Of a stretch of DNA of 64,000 nt, positions 33,976 through 45,901 are shown in pieces. Under the pieces are notes generated by a model, which had not been told where the DNA came from, did not search any database, and worked only from the letters and a program-made list of their open reading frames with translations. Within the stretch, counting starts at the first letter, position 1. Each line of letters begins with the position of its first letter. Source of the stretch: Mayamaea pseudoterrestris (Eukaryota); assembly GCA_027923505.1 (NCBI GenBank), contig BROI01000022.1, positions 372,001 through 436,000 on the forward strand. The letters are read 5' to 3'. The position numbers were made by a program, and so were the translations under genes.

Positions 33976-36900
33976 ATGAAATCATTGAAGAAAGTCTTTC
34001 GTCGTGCATCAATTCAGCTTGGGGCGAGCAGCGAGATTGAGGTAGCAGCCGATAACCAAAGCACTGCCAATCAGTCGAGCATTCCTGCCGCCGCATCTAC
34101 TACGCGCAGCGCTACTTCGCCATCATCCTTAGCCACATCAAGTCGAGGCAAGTCGTCGAAGTCAAAGACGGACAAGTCAGATTTATTAGAAACTGGCAAC
34201 AGCAGCAGCAGCAGTCACAGTCGAAACAAGTCAAAGTCTCCCGGTCCTTCCGCCTCTAGAAAGCCGCCATCACCAGCTCCGACTGCGCCCGCAAAAGAAC
34301 CATCGCAGCAAACGTTGGCCGCGTCTCTCAGTGAAAACAATAGCAGTCATCACTCGGCACTGAGTCGCCAACGAAGCGCTCATTCCAAGGCTGAAAAAAT
34401 TCGACGAGAACTAGACGAAGCGAGACTTCGATCCAGACAAAGTCGTTTGGCAAAGGAAGAAGCTACATCGTTACTAAACTCGCAGACGAGCAGTAGCACT
34501 GACGCCTCCGCTGGCACGAGTTCCAGCACCATGTCGACTCATTCATCGCATCGTGTGGCGCAAACGTCGAGCGCCATTTTGTCGGAACTGCCGTCGGAGG
34601 AAATGAAACTGATTGCAAAGCCAGCGAGTAACGTTCAAAACTCGCAGTGTTTCGTCGTTCCAAACGACCCGCCCGACTTGGTGCGAGCCTACGAGCAAGT
34701 TCCGTTGCTGGAACAAACGTTGCTGCCTCGTGGTGGAGCCAGTGTTGACACAAAGGCTGTTGGTCGCATTCAGGTTTGTGACAAAGACGGAATGAGGATA
34801 TTGAAGGCTCCTGTATAATGAAGATTTCGTCTCACGTTGTCCCATTCCATTCCGTCGCCACAGTTTGGCATTCCACCCGAAACCATCAAGGACAGCATGA
34901 AACTAGGTATTCCCGTTCCGCAAGTCTACATTGTGCCGGTCGATCGTTTCTGTCGCGAAATGGGTCCTGCGTTGGGTGTCAACTTGGCCGAGTTTGAGTT
35001 TCCGGCCTATTTCAACTTTTTCGTCTACAAGAAAAAGTGCACGCTCGTGGTTGACTCTGACGAAGCGGAAGAAAACATACGTCGCGTATTTGGTGAGACT
35101 CTGCTAGGTCCTCATCAGTTTCGACGAGAGGATAATCCCATTGCGTACGAGGAGGAAGACTTTGCGCCAGAATTTCCGAGAGAGGCGATACCGAATTTTC
35201 AAAAAGAGTTTAAACACTTTCGCATCATGCCAGACGGAAAGGAACTGGAAATTGAAACGCTTTTGAACTTTCACCATTTCAAAATGAACAAGAATGGTAA
35301 AGAGCACAATGTTGGAGTGCCACCCAATGTAATAAACGAACAATTAGCATCTGGGGCGCCTGACGAGCAATTTGATGGAGGCGTTGGGGGTCTCCACGAT
35401 GCTAATGCTGATATAGATAGTGACGACGACGACGACATTCCTGGAAGAATGACCAATGAGTACGCTGCGTCGCGGACCAGGAGGAATAAGTGGTCGTTTG
35501 CGCAATTGCGTCACGTTTGTAAGTTCTTCTGTCCATTGTTATTTCTGCATCAGCTACTTTCTATACTGTTTAAAACTCACATTCGTTTATTCACAAAGGC
35601 GATCTCGCAACAATCTGGCCTGTCAATGCCACTGATGAGCAAATTAAAAATAGATCCGTCCCTCGAGCTGAAATTTATAAGATGCCAGGAGGGACGGAAT
35701 ATTTTGTCCACGATATCGATGCCAATGGCATCATTATTGGCAAAGCCCGCTTTTCAGGTCACTTGCGCGTTTCAGAGCAAATGGTCGTCGACGGCTTTGG
35801 CGGACAATCTATAATGGAGGACATAAAACCCAAAAGAGAAAGCAACGCTAATGATGACCCGTCGGAGGCCTTGGAGAGTGTGTTTCGGTTAGATGCGCCT
35901 CCCACGTTTCACCCACCTTCCTTTGGAGTAACTGTGCTTGGCAATTCCCACGGATTTGACAAGAGTGGTTCAGTTTCAGGCTATGTATTGTGGATCAATG
36001 GTCGCGGCGTAATGATTGATCCCCCACCATATTCATCTGCGACGCTCGAGCGGGAAGGCATCCGGCCAAGAGCAATCGTTGGCATTATTCTCACGCATTG
36101 CCATGCGGACCATGATGCTGGGGCCTTTCAGAAGGTTCTCACCGGCTCGCCTGTTGTTGTCATTACTACGCCGACAATATACAAGAGTTTCATTCGCAAG
36201 TATGCTGCTCTGTCAGCTTTAAGTCCAGCAATTCTTCGTCACTGCCATCGCTTCAAGCCTGCTATTATAGGCCAGCCGTTGCGCTTTCAAGGCGCAACAT
36301 TCCGTTTTATGTACTCTCTACATACTATTCCATGTGTGGGTTTCCGTGTAGAATGGAGGGGACGCTCAATGGTATTTACTGGCGATCATTTTAACAGTCC
36401 AGAAGGTATCGATAAGCTGCAAGAGACAGGAGTGCTTTCTCGAGCTCGCGCTGATGACCTTCGAAGCCTGCCATTGCAAGAGTGCGATCTGATATTGCAT
36501 GAAGCCGGTGCACCGCCAATTCATACCCCTCTTGAGGTTCTCATGAAGCTTCCTCAGAGAATCAAAGATCGCCTTTATGTCGTACACACGGCCGCTCTTC
36601 CTGACAACTGCGATTTACGTGTTGCACCTACTGGAACTGCCGGCACCATTAGGTTGGATCAAATTCGACCTGGTGCAGTTGAGGAGAAGGGGAGCAATCT
36701 GTTATCGAGTATAACCGGTAGCCAAGGAGTGCGAGACACCAGAGATCTTTCGTCGTCAGTTGGTAACGATGACGCTCGTTGGGACGGAAATAATGAGTAC
36801 GAGACTATATCCGAGGAATCGGTTTCGATGGGAAGCTCCGGTGTGATGATGAGCTCGTTCGCGCACTTGGCTGTCGCAGACACAGCAAAGAAGGCGACTA

Positions 36901-38583
36901 AAGGAAGACACATACGAAACTTGTCCGTCTACAGTCAGCCTCAGGGCGAAGCTAACCAACCACCTCCTCTTGTAGCATTGCGGCCCGCATCGAGCACAGA
37001 CGCATGGTTCATTCTTAATCTTTTAAGCGCCGTGCCATTCTTGTCGAGGTAAGCCATTAGGTGGAGTAGCCATTAGGGCGTCAGTCAAATAACAATGGTC
37101 TCACCCGCCCTGATGCATCTCTAGCCTTTGCTACACCCACACAATGGAAGTGCTCGAAACGGCGCGTGTAGACGCTTACCCAATGAATAACATTGTCGTC
37201 CCTGCTAGCAAGCGAAACCACATGCTTTGCGTTGTCTGGGAAGGCACGTGCTCCGAGCAGGCGACGACTGCAACAGGCGCCCTTGGGTCGATTCAAGAAG
37301 AGTCCGGCACAATTTGGCATGCCGGTGATTGGACGGGACCCATTTCCTTGCAGCCCGATAGAAGACTAAGCGGCGAGAGTTCCACCAGCACCACTCACGA
37401 TATAGTTGCACTATCCAGCGTCGGTGTCAAGGTGATAACAATCGAGATGCAGCAATTACATGCTATACTAAAAGCCGGGTCGTCTTTGTATGCAACATAT
37501 CTGGAACGGACTGTTCTTAAACAAAAGGCGAGAGATGAAAGACTGGGTGACTCATGGAACGAACTTGACGCGAAGAATGTCTTGTACGACTACAACGTTC
37601 TTGAACTTCTCAACAGCAATTCAGCTTTGCGAAAATTAAACGCTGTGCAAAAGCGACACTTGGAATGCTTGGCTGAAGGACCAATTGCTTTTGCACACGG
37701 TGATCGCATGTGGCGAGCGGGAACAGCCGTCGACAAGGCCTATCTCATTGTTTCTGGCAGCTGCTCCTTTACACCGAAGCGACGAAATGCTGGGTCCGTC
37801 GCTGCAATAGACACTGCATCAGTTTCTCAGATTGAGCGAGACGGCTCAGATGTCGGGGACAGTATGCGTTTTGACGCTTTGAGAGTCATGGACGAGCTTG
37901 GAAAGGCTACGAGCAGCGACGACGAACTTGATGAAGCTGGATTTGGTGCGAGTCAGTCGCTCGACATTGCGCTGTCGGAAGCTGCTGATTTCGACAAGCT
38001 GAGCCGAGGACTTCAAAAGCGCGCCGACTTTCTTGCCAAGGAGGGATCATCATGCCGTCTCGAGTTTGGCGAGGAAGAGCACGCGACAACGGACACTGCA
38101 CATCAAACTGGTTCACAATTGGATCACACATTTACGGATGAGTCCGATCATCCGGGAAGTCGATCACAGCGAGTCTCCATGTTTCGTCGCCGGTCATCAC
38201 GAGCGCGCCATGCCAACAAGGTGCTCGGGCGTCTCTACAGTCGCCAAGCATCTGCCGGTGGGCTTGTCTTTAGCCGCGGTCACTTTCTGGGCGACATGTC
38301 TAAAATGGTGTCTGGTTTGCTGGCCAATGATGCAACTGTTGAATTGGGCAAGGACGACAGTGGACCTGAATATGGACTCGGCGATAATTCTTCGGAACAA
38401 CTAAACGCATCATCCTTGTCAGAGGATACTGGACGCAAGTCTCATTTGAAGCATAGTTCCACCTTGATTGCTGGAAAGGATGGGTGCGTTGCTCTTGCCT
38501 TTCCAAAGAGTAGCCTTGTTGGCTTTTTAGACGAATACCCTGGTTTCTTGCTAAGCTTGTTGGGGACGCAAGCGATAGTATAA
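33976..38583 (+). CDS. Metallo-beta-lactamase-fold cyclic-nucleotide phosphodiesterase with cNMP-binding-like domains (PdeD/PdeE = GbpA/GbpB-like), ~1453 aa; exons 33976-34773, 34864-35518, 35599-37048, 37125-38583
   Basis: Three GT-AG introns fuse four ORFs in frame. Motifs 'IQFGIPPETIKD', 'LGNSHGFD', 'MIDPP', 'THCHADHD', 'HTIPC', 'GDH' and 'HEAG..PIHT'. The C-terminal part has cNMP-like beta-strands ('LCVVWEGTC', 'AYLIVSGSC', 'RGHFLGD'). Confidence 0.8.
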
Positions 38584-38711
38584 AGATAGTGTTAACTTTG
38601 AGACAATACATTGGTGTCAGCTTTGCAAAGCATGAAACAACGTATGTTTGTATTAATACGGAAATGGTTAGAACAAGTATCGCTCATCTACCTTTCTATT
38701 GCATCTTTACT

Positions 38712-39984
38712 CTATTCATTCATAAAGAATGGATGCTGCAACGCTGTCTTGCAGGCAATGCGACGATGAGGGTCGTACTGGAGCAGCTTGTTTAAAAGAT
38801 CAGCTCCAACATGCCCTCCAACGGTATGCAGCGGAACAAAGTCTGTGATTGGACGCTCGCGCCACGACGGAAACTCTGGATTGTAGTGCGGCAGCTGCAC
38901 CACGCCCGGCCACGTCTCTGGCGTTGGTGTGCCTCGGCGCTGAAAGATTCGAAAGATTTGATCAATGTCCGACCGACCAGGAAAGAGCGGTATACCCGTG
39001 GCCATTTCCGCAAAAATGCATCCAATGGACCATACATCCACTGACGTAGAGTAGCGGTTAGCTCCAAGCAAGAGTTCCGGAGCCCGATACCAGAGTGTCA
39101 CTACTTCGAAAGTATATGGACCATTAGGAATTGCTGACAAGCGAGCAAGACCAAAGTCAGCTAGTTTGACGTGCTTGCCGTCGTGTGAAATCAGTAGCTG
39201 CAGAGTAAAAAGATGCCAGCGCCATGAGCAAGCACAACGACGTGAACATCCAGACTAATAAAACTTACATTATGCGGCTTCAAGTCACGGTGAAGAATGC
39301 GGTAAACGTGGCAGCATCCCACTCCGCTAATAATTTGTTTCAAAAAGCTCCTCGTCGTGGCCAGCGGCAATCCAATACGCTCACTGCCTTCCTCCTTCCG
39401 TTGCTGCTGATCCATGTACGTTTTCAAGTCATGCGCCACATACTCAAAAATCAAGTACAATCCCCCAGATCCTGCTTGAATAATATCAAACAGCTTGACA
39501 ACGTTTGGATGTTCCAGTTCGCGCAGGAGCGAAATTTCACGAATCACATTGCATGGCACGCCTCCCTCCGGCGTCGAGTCGGCAAAAGGAATGCGCTTAA
39601 TGGCGACAATCTCATTGGTAACATCCTTGCGACCCTTGTAGACAATTCCGTAGGCGCCTTGGCCTATCATTTCAGTCCTGTGTAATAAAGAAATAGATGT
39701 GAGATGTGTTGAAGCAATGTGACTGAGGACTGAGTGGCGAGAAATCTTTTGACAGCGAGTGTATAGCTGCAGTGCTGATTCATCCATACAATTTCCACCA
39801 TCAAAATAACAATTCACAAAAAGACGTACCTGGTGTAACCTTGCAACGGAGGCTCATCGTCAACGGGTGCGTGACGGCCCTTGCTTCGCGCTCGCTGCTG
39901 CTTTTGCGCCTGGTCATCCATGTCCTCGTCGTCGGAAACTTGGTCAATCAAGTCGGCATCGTCATCATACATGTCATCATCCAT
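38712..39984 (-). CDS. Cyclin-dependent kinase with a non-canonical PCNVIRE cyclin-binding helix; exons 39984-39830, 39677-39269, 39197-38712
   Basis: Motifs 'IGQGAYGIVYK', 'GVPCNVIREISLLREL', 'HRDLKPHNLL', 'DFGLAR' and 'VVTLWYRAPE'. Two in-frame introns. Confidence 0.93.
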
Positions 39985-40272
39985 TATGTACTGTATATAA
40001 ATGTAGTGGAAGTGAGTAGATAGATCGGGGGTAATTCTAGCAAGAAGCGACGTTTCCGAAGGAACGTTGGAGAGCAAGATTTGTGTGACGGCGCGGGTGA
40101 CCGTTGATCCGGATCACAATGGGTACCGGACCGACGTACTGCGGACAACACCACCAAACCGCACGCGACATCTTGCTGCACCATGACGCACAATCTATCA
40201 TCGTTCGGGGAGTCTCTTGCTATTGATTGTTGCTCAAGCAGACGATACTCGTGAAAAATTAGTAATAGCAAA

Positions 40273-40813
40273 ATGGATCCCATGCAGTCAAACGCGCTGG
40301 AGAGCTACTCATCAGTAAGTCTGTTTGGCCACGAGTGCCGGCATGCCAACAAATGCCGATACATTTTCGTCATCATCATCAACATACTCGATCAACATGT
40401 CTCATCAATATATGATTTCTCCATTGCGCAATCTAGGTTAATGGTATCACTTGTGGGGATATAATGTATGAATTCATTGCATCCAAGGCGAACCAAAAAA
40501 GACCGGAAGCAACTGCCGATCAGGCCAACAAGGTACAGCGACAAGAGAACAAGCTCAATGATTCAAAACCTTGTCTGTCTTGTCATCACTAACACTATGT
40601 CTAAAATCATTTTTCTCTCATACGCAGCTCATGACTTGCTTCAATGCCTCGGTTGTCAAGATTCAAGAGTCACCCTGCAAGGAGCTTCGCCAATCCTATG
40701 CGGATTGCTTGTTGCCGAGTGAATCAGTGACAGCAAGTCGGCGAACGTCTTGCCTTGCCCTTCAATCCAAGCTGCAGGAGTGTGCGGCCATGCATGTGGG
40801 AAGGCTGGATTAA
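40273..40813 (+). CDS. NDUFA8: NDUFA8-like CX9C mitochondrial intermembrane-space protein (107 aa); exons 40273-40314, 40437-40532, 40628-40813
   Basis: Two phase-0 introns give MDPMQSNALESYSSVNGITCGDIMYEFIASKANQKRPEATADQANKLMTCFNASVVKIQESPCKELRQSYADC...SCLALQSKLQEC. The size and helix register fit the four-CX9C NDUFA8 family. Confidence 0.65.
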
Positions 40814-40887
40814 CATCAAGCTAATGTCATGGGCTAAAATTGTATATGCGCCTCAACTTCTATTATGTAGGCTAAACGCTATTTCAT

Positions 40888-41814
40888 TTAATCCTCCATT
40901 TGGATCTTCAAGCTAAAGTCAATACAAGCATAGCCTTGCGTCAGCTTGCCCTGCGAAATAATGTCAACATGCTCGCACAAATAGTCCTTTATGGTGTCCG
41001 TCGTGATGCCTCCACTGGCTTCAATCAGCACGTGCGGAAACTCTTGCTTGAGCGTCGCTGCATCCTCTTTCAACTGGGCAGGCTCAAAGTTATCTAGCAT
41101 GACAATGTCTGCACCCGCCTGCGCCGCTTCTCTTGCCTCATGGACGGATTGACATTCCACTTCAATCTTTTGCGAAAAACCAGTCGCTCGCTTGGCTGCA
41201 CTAACGGCTCCGCTAATGCTTCCATTGCAGCTCCAAATGTGATTATCCTTGAGCATGCACATTTGACTAAGATCCATTCGATGCATGGCAGCTCCACCCA
41301 CCAGCAAGCCATACTTTTCCACCAAACCAAAGGATCCCGGTGTTGTTTTGCGTGTTCCAGCAATATGGCCCTTCCAAGACGACAAGATGGAATGTGCAAC
41401 GTTGACGGCATGGTTTGCAGCTGTGGCAACGCCGCTGCAGCGTGATATAATGTTGAGCGCGGTTCGTTCTCCCTGTAGTAGCCGGTGGACTGGACCAGTG
41501 ACCGTTGCCACGTGCGTCTTGGTGTTGCCATCAGATAGTTGAAAGCCTTCTGGTACGTGCCAATCGATCTGGCAATCCAAATTATGAAACACGGCATTTA
41601 CAAACGGTTGTCCTGCCAAGACTCCAGGTGATTTCATCCACAGTATTGCTGTTCGAGGCACTGTACCAACAACGAGGCCGCCAACGTCAAAGCTTGGCAG
41701 GTCGTTGTGAAGCCATGAGCGAACCATAACATCGAGTCGGTGTGGTGGAATGAGTGCGGCAAAATTGATAGTTTCGGACGAGGAGTTTGAGAAGGAAGAT
41801 GAAGATGATGCCAT
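40888..41814 (-). CDS. nadC: Nicotinate-nucleotide pyrophosphorylase (quinolinate phosphoribosyltransferase)
   Basis: Motifs 'GERTALN', 'GTRKTTPG', 'HRMDLS..MLKDNH', 'IEVEC', 'MLDNF' and 'EASGGI'. Confidence 0.96.
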   Translation of the reverse strand: MASSSSSFSNSSSETINFAALIPPHRLDVMVRSWLHNDLPSFDVGGLVVGTVPRTAILWMKSPGVLAGQPFVNAVFHNLDCQIDWHVPEGFQLSDGNTKTHVATVTGPVHRLLQGERTALNIISRCSGVATAANHAVNVAHSILSSWKGHIAGTRKTTPGSFGLVEKYGLLVGGAAMHRMDLSQMCMLKDNHIWSCNGSISGAVSAAKRATGFSQKIEVECQSVHEAREAAQAGADIVMLDNFEPAQLKEDAATLKQEFPHVLIEASGGITTDTIKDYLCEHVDIISQGKLTQGYACIDFSLKIQMED

Positions 41815-42256
41815 GACTACTTGCGTAAGCTTTAGATTTATTGGTTGTGTTTCTATTTGTATGGTGCTTGGTTATCAAAGTGAATTGCCAAAGGGTCGAA
41901 AGGAAACTGCGAATGAGTCGATGGGACGAAGAAAACGGACGATGCGAAATCGTCGCGGTGGTGGGACTTGATCGCGTTCTGTCACGTATGGAACGGCCGA
42001 TGCGACATTGATGACGTCAGACTGTGACCACAGGCAATGACCCTAACGACGAGAATGTGATAGTTTTCACAATTACTATTGCAGTAACTGTACAACGCCA
42101 GCTGGGCAGCAACCACCGAAATGACTCGTTGCTGACGCGGTTGGGCGAAAGACGCGTGCGTCCGAAAGTGCCGATGATCATTGCTTCGGCAACTCCTCGC
42201 AACCCTTCAATATTCGTTCGTGAGCGACGACGACGATTAGGATCACTCTCATCACC

Positions 42257-43799
42257 ATGAAGGTTTTTGTCTCCCTTGCGCTACTTGCAGCTTTATCGAG
42301 TGCGTTTCAACCAGCGGCGCGAGTGTTCTCGCGTCCGGCTGTCGCCAGCAAGGTTCAAGCGGTTGCCATTCCACTGCCGGGCCTCAAGCAACCAGAATCG
42401 CTCGTAAATTCGCCGGTCCCAACCAGAGCAGCTGCTGCTCCTAAAAAGGCGCAACTAGCCAAGGAGGATCAATGGATCGCCAATCTTGACTACGACGGAT
42501 TCGGAAAGGAAGTGGCGGCACTCGGCAAGGAACTACAAAAGCAAGCTGGACCGGACGATGTCAAGCATCTTCAGAAGATGGTTTCCTGGCGCAACGCCTG
42601 CGCCCTTGTTGGATTGGCCACCATGTGGATGGCGCCGAATCCATTGACAGTGGCGGCTCTGAGTACATGGACGTATGCGTCGTGGACCATGATTGCGCAC
42701 CATACCTGTCATGGTGGATACAATCGCGTTGATGCAGGCAAATTTAACAGTCGAGGATTTGCGCTTGGGAGCGTTTGGAACAGAGCCAAGGATTGGCTCG
42801 ATTGGATGCAACCGGAAGGTGAGATATTATAATGGGAAACCTTGTCGATTCTATATTGGTGATTGTGTTTCTGATACAGATTGCACCTTTTCTTTAGCAT
42901 GGAACATTGAACACAACCGCCTGCACCACTACCGATTGAACGAAGCACGTGACCCCGACTTGGTCCAACGCAACGTGCAGTGGGTCCGCGACATGCAAGT
43001 CCCCGACGCTGCCAAGCTTGCCCTCGTCGGGGGCCTCATGCCCATTTGGAAGTGGTTCTACTACGCACCAAACACGTTCAAGGAGGTGCAAATCAACAAC
43101 TACAAGCAGTCGGGCAAGGCGTTTCCAAAGAATTTTGATCCAGATGATGCTGTTACCATGACTACCCTCTTTCTCAGCCGAGCGGATTACGCCAAGGCGA
43201 CTCGCAAGGTGGTGAATCCCATCGAGTTCTTGACCAAGGTCGTTGGTCCCTTCTTCATGGCGCGCTTTGTGCTGATTCCTGCGCCACTGCTCCTCTTCCC
43301 TGGCGTCGGACCAACCTTGTTCGGCCACGCCGTTGTCAACATGATTCTGGCCGATCTCTTGACGAACATTCACGGCTTCATCACCATTGTGACCAACCAT
43401 GCGGGCAACGATCTGTATACGTTCAATGACGCCGTCAAGCCAAAGACACCGTCCTTTTACGTGCGCCAAATCGTTGGCTCGGCCAACTACGCGCTTGGCA
43501 CCGACCTTGTCGACTTTTCGCACGGATACTTGAATTACCAAATCGAGCACCACGTCTTTCCCGACTTGTCCATGCTGCAGTACCAAAAGGGCGCCCCGAA
43601 ACTAAAGGCCATTTGCGCCAAGTACGGCGTTCCATACATTGAGGAGTCGGTCTTTACCCGTCTCTACAAGACTGTTCAAATCATGATTGGCAAGACTACT
43701 ATGCGACAATTCCCAACCGAATATGAACCAACCAAGGACAAGGCTGGTGACAAGGGAGTTACATGGAAGTCGACGAACGGTGCCATTGACGACGAATGA
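42257..43799 (+). CDS. Plastid-targeted membrane fatty-acid desaturase family protein lacking a cytochrome b5 domain; exons 42257-42818, 42898-43799
   Basis: 'SSAF-QP' bipartite presequence. His boxes 'HHTCH', 'HNRLHH' and 'QIEHH'. Phase-1 intron at 42819-42897. Confidence 0.88.
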
Positions 43800-44173
43800 G
43801 CGCCGACGCAGCAGCAGTTCGATGAACGTTAAATGCAACGAACATGCTCCGGTGTATCTTGTACAGCGACAAACTATTTAGAGGTTCCGACCGCCATTCA
43901 ATAATTCATTATTGCTAAGCGACATTATATTTTAGTATTTATGTGGTTCCCGGTAGTTACGTATTATACCTAGCGATACTTGATACTGTTCACGCAATCA
44001 AATTCACGGCAAGGCGATCGCTCTGCACATGGTGCTAAAGTGTGTGGCCTTCAAACATTTTACCTTTAAAGCCATTTCTTGCCATGTTTTGCTGGCTATG
44101 CTTTTGGACTACCGGTAGGGATAGTATGCGGTGCAGTTTCCTTATTTCTGCTCACACTTGATGAATCAACCTA

Positions 44174-45901
44174 TTAGAGTGGCAAGCGACAAGCCTCCTG
44201 GCATGAGTCGATCAATTGCTCATCAGGGCACCAAGAAATGGTGACTTGCCAATCCTCCGACAAAATATTCATGATTGCCACTTGGTCCGTGTTTGACTCT
44301 AGCTGGCAGCGGCCAACAAGACCATGGATGCGGTTCCAAACTAGACTCTTTTTGCTCAGAACCGTAGCGCCGGCACTGGCAAAGGTCAGAATGGGACGAC
44401 TCTGGACTTGCCATGATAGATACTCCACGTAGTCTGGTCCAACAAAGTAGTCTAAACTGACATCTGTCAACCAAAAGGACTTCCATGTATCAAAGTGTTC
44501 CTGACTGAATGACTTGACTTGGTCTTGTAGGATCCTCCGCAAACTTTCTTGCGTCAATGGCAGGAACGGTACTACTGCATCTAGTCGCTCCGAAATTCGC
44601 GAATCTCCAAAATGAGTATCCAATTCATGGCCAATGTCCAGTAGCAAGCTGGAGGATTCGGCTGACAACTTGATGTTGCGTGCAATAGATCGGCTCCCAA
44701 TCGTCGACGTAAAGATGACGATGCAGCCGCTCAGTTGATGTCGAATGGAAACGAGCGAATTATCTTTGCTTGCATCCTCATCGATTGCTTCGCTCACGCT
44801 ATCATCAGTAGTAAGCTGCGATACAACCCAAGTAAATAGACTTTTATCCATGTCTTCCACGGAGTCAATTACAACAATGCTTTCCGTATTCCGCAGTTTC
44901 TGGGCCAATTGCTGCTTGGTAGCTGCAGTGGCGTAATCTTTGCCTCGCAAGTGAAGAAAGGCAGGCATGCGACACTCCTTTGACTCGTCTTCTCTCAGGT
45001 ATATCAATTGGTGCAAACGCTGGGCCAGTGTCGTTCGTCCAGTGCCTCTGAAACCAGAAAAGTAAAGCAACAGCGGAGGAACCGGAGACAATGATGACTT
45101 TGACTTCTTGAAGTGATGCTTCCACGCAAGTAACGCATCCCATACAACAGCTGTAGCTCTATCCTGCCCGACCAACAAGTTTTGTGGTGGAACCTTTGGA
45201 AGTGCCAACTCGCAAAGCTGCAATCTCGAGCCACTGCGAAAATGCTTTACAATATCCATGACATCCTGCTTGACGTGAATCGCCCACCACTTGAGCACGT
45301 GCGCGGGTGTCGAGAAAAACAGAGCCGATGAAGACTCGAGCCATTGACGTGAATGCACCCCCAGAAATGATTTCCAATTCGTGTGCTGCTGCGTGGCGTC
45401 CTTGATGAATGGAGGTGCCGGCGGTCCTTCGCGGATCCACCATGACAAGAATGCAATCAGTAGCACAATATATGGCATAATTGCAAAGCAAGAAGTTTGA
45501 TGTCGTCTTGCTACATTCCGATGACCAATTATGAAATCATGAGACTCGTCGTAATTTTCATTGTCGTCATTCTTGTCGACGTCCGATTGCTCCCAAAAGT
45601 ACATTCGTCTTCCATTTGAGTCAAGATCTTGTCGCGTATTTATTCCATTTGCATATTCAGCCTCGCTATAACATTCATCTTCCGTTGTATCAGCGTGGTC
45701 GTCGTCGTCATCGTTGCCATTGCTAGTGTCGGATTCGAAAGACGTGCGTCGCCACTTCCGATGAACGACAATCGCACCTTCCTCACCCTTTTCCGCTGTG
45801 AATTCCCAGTGTGGATGTGAATTATTGTATTCCTGAGGACTTTGCTCGTCATGATCCCCTTCGTAGCCCTCAGAGTCGGCAACGACATGGAAGCGACCCA
45901 T
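44174..45901 (-). CDS. Torsin-like AAA+ type II membrane protein with degenerate catalytic motifs
   Basis: Acidic N-terminus and one TM helix 'IMPYIVLLIAFLSWW'. Then 'LVGQ', 'LYFSGFRGTGRT', 'VVIDSVE', 'IVIFTSTIG', 'LDAVVPFLPL' and 'FASAG', in torsin motif order. Confidence 0.65.
   Translation of the reverse strand: MGRFHVVADSEGYEGDHDEQSPQEYNNSHPHWEFTAEKGEEGAIVVHRKWRRTSFESDTSNGNDDDDDHADTTEDECYSEAEYANGINTRQDLDSNGRRMYFWEQSDVDKNDDNENYDESHDFIIGHRNVARRHQTSCFAIMPYIVLLIAFLSWWIREGPPAPPFIKDATQQHTNWKSFLGVHSRQWLESSSALFFSTPAHVLKWWAIHVKQDVMDIVKHFRSGSRLQLCELALPKVPPQNLLVGQDRATAVVWDALLAWKHHFKKSKSSLSPVPPLLLYFSGFRGTGRTTLAQRLHQLIYLREDESKECRMPAFLHLRGKDYATAATKQQLAQKLRNTESIVVIDSVEDMDKSLFTWVVSQLTTDDSVSEAIDEDASKDNSLVSIRHQLSGCIVIFTSTIGSRSIARNIKLSAESSSLLLDIGHELDTHFGDSRISERLDAVVPFLPLTQESLRRILQDQVKSFSQEHFDTWKSFWLTDVSLDYFVGPDYVEYLSWQVQSRPILTFASAGATVLSKKSLVWNRIHGLVGRCQLESNTDQVAIMNILSEDWQVTISWCPDEQLIDSCQEACRLPL

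Noticed and set aside
42894..43586. Long antisense ORFs (also 50666-51406 and 60531-61196)
   Set aside because: Shadow frames of well-supported genes with biased codon usage; no independent motifs.
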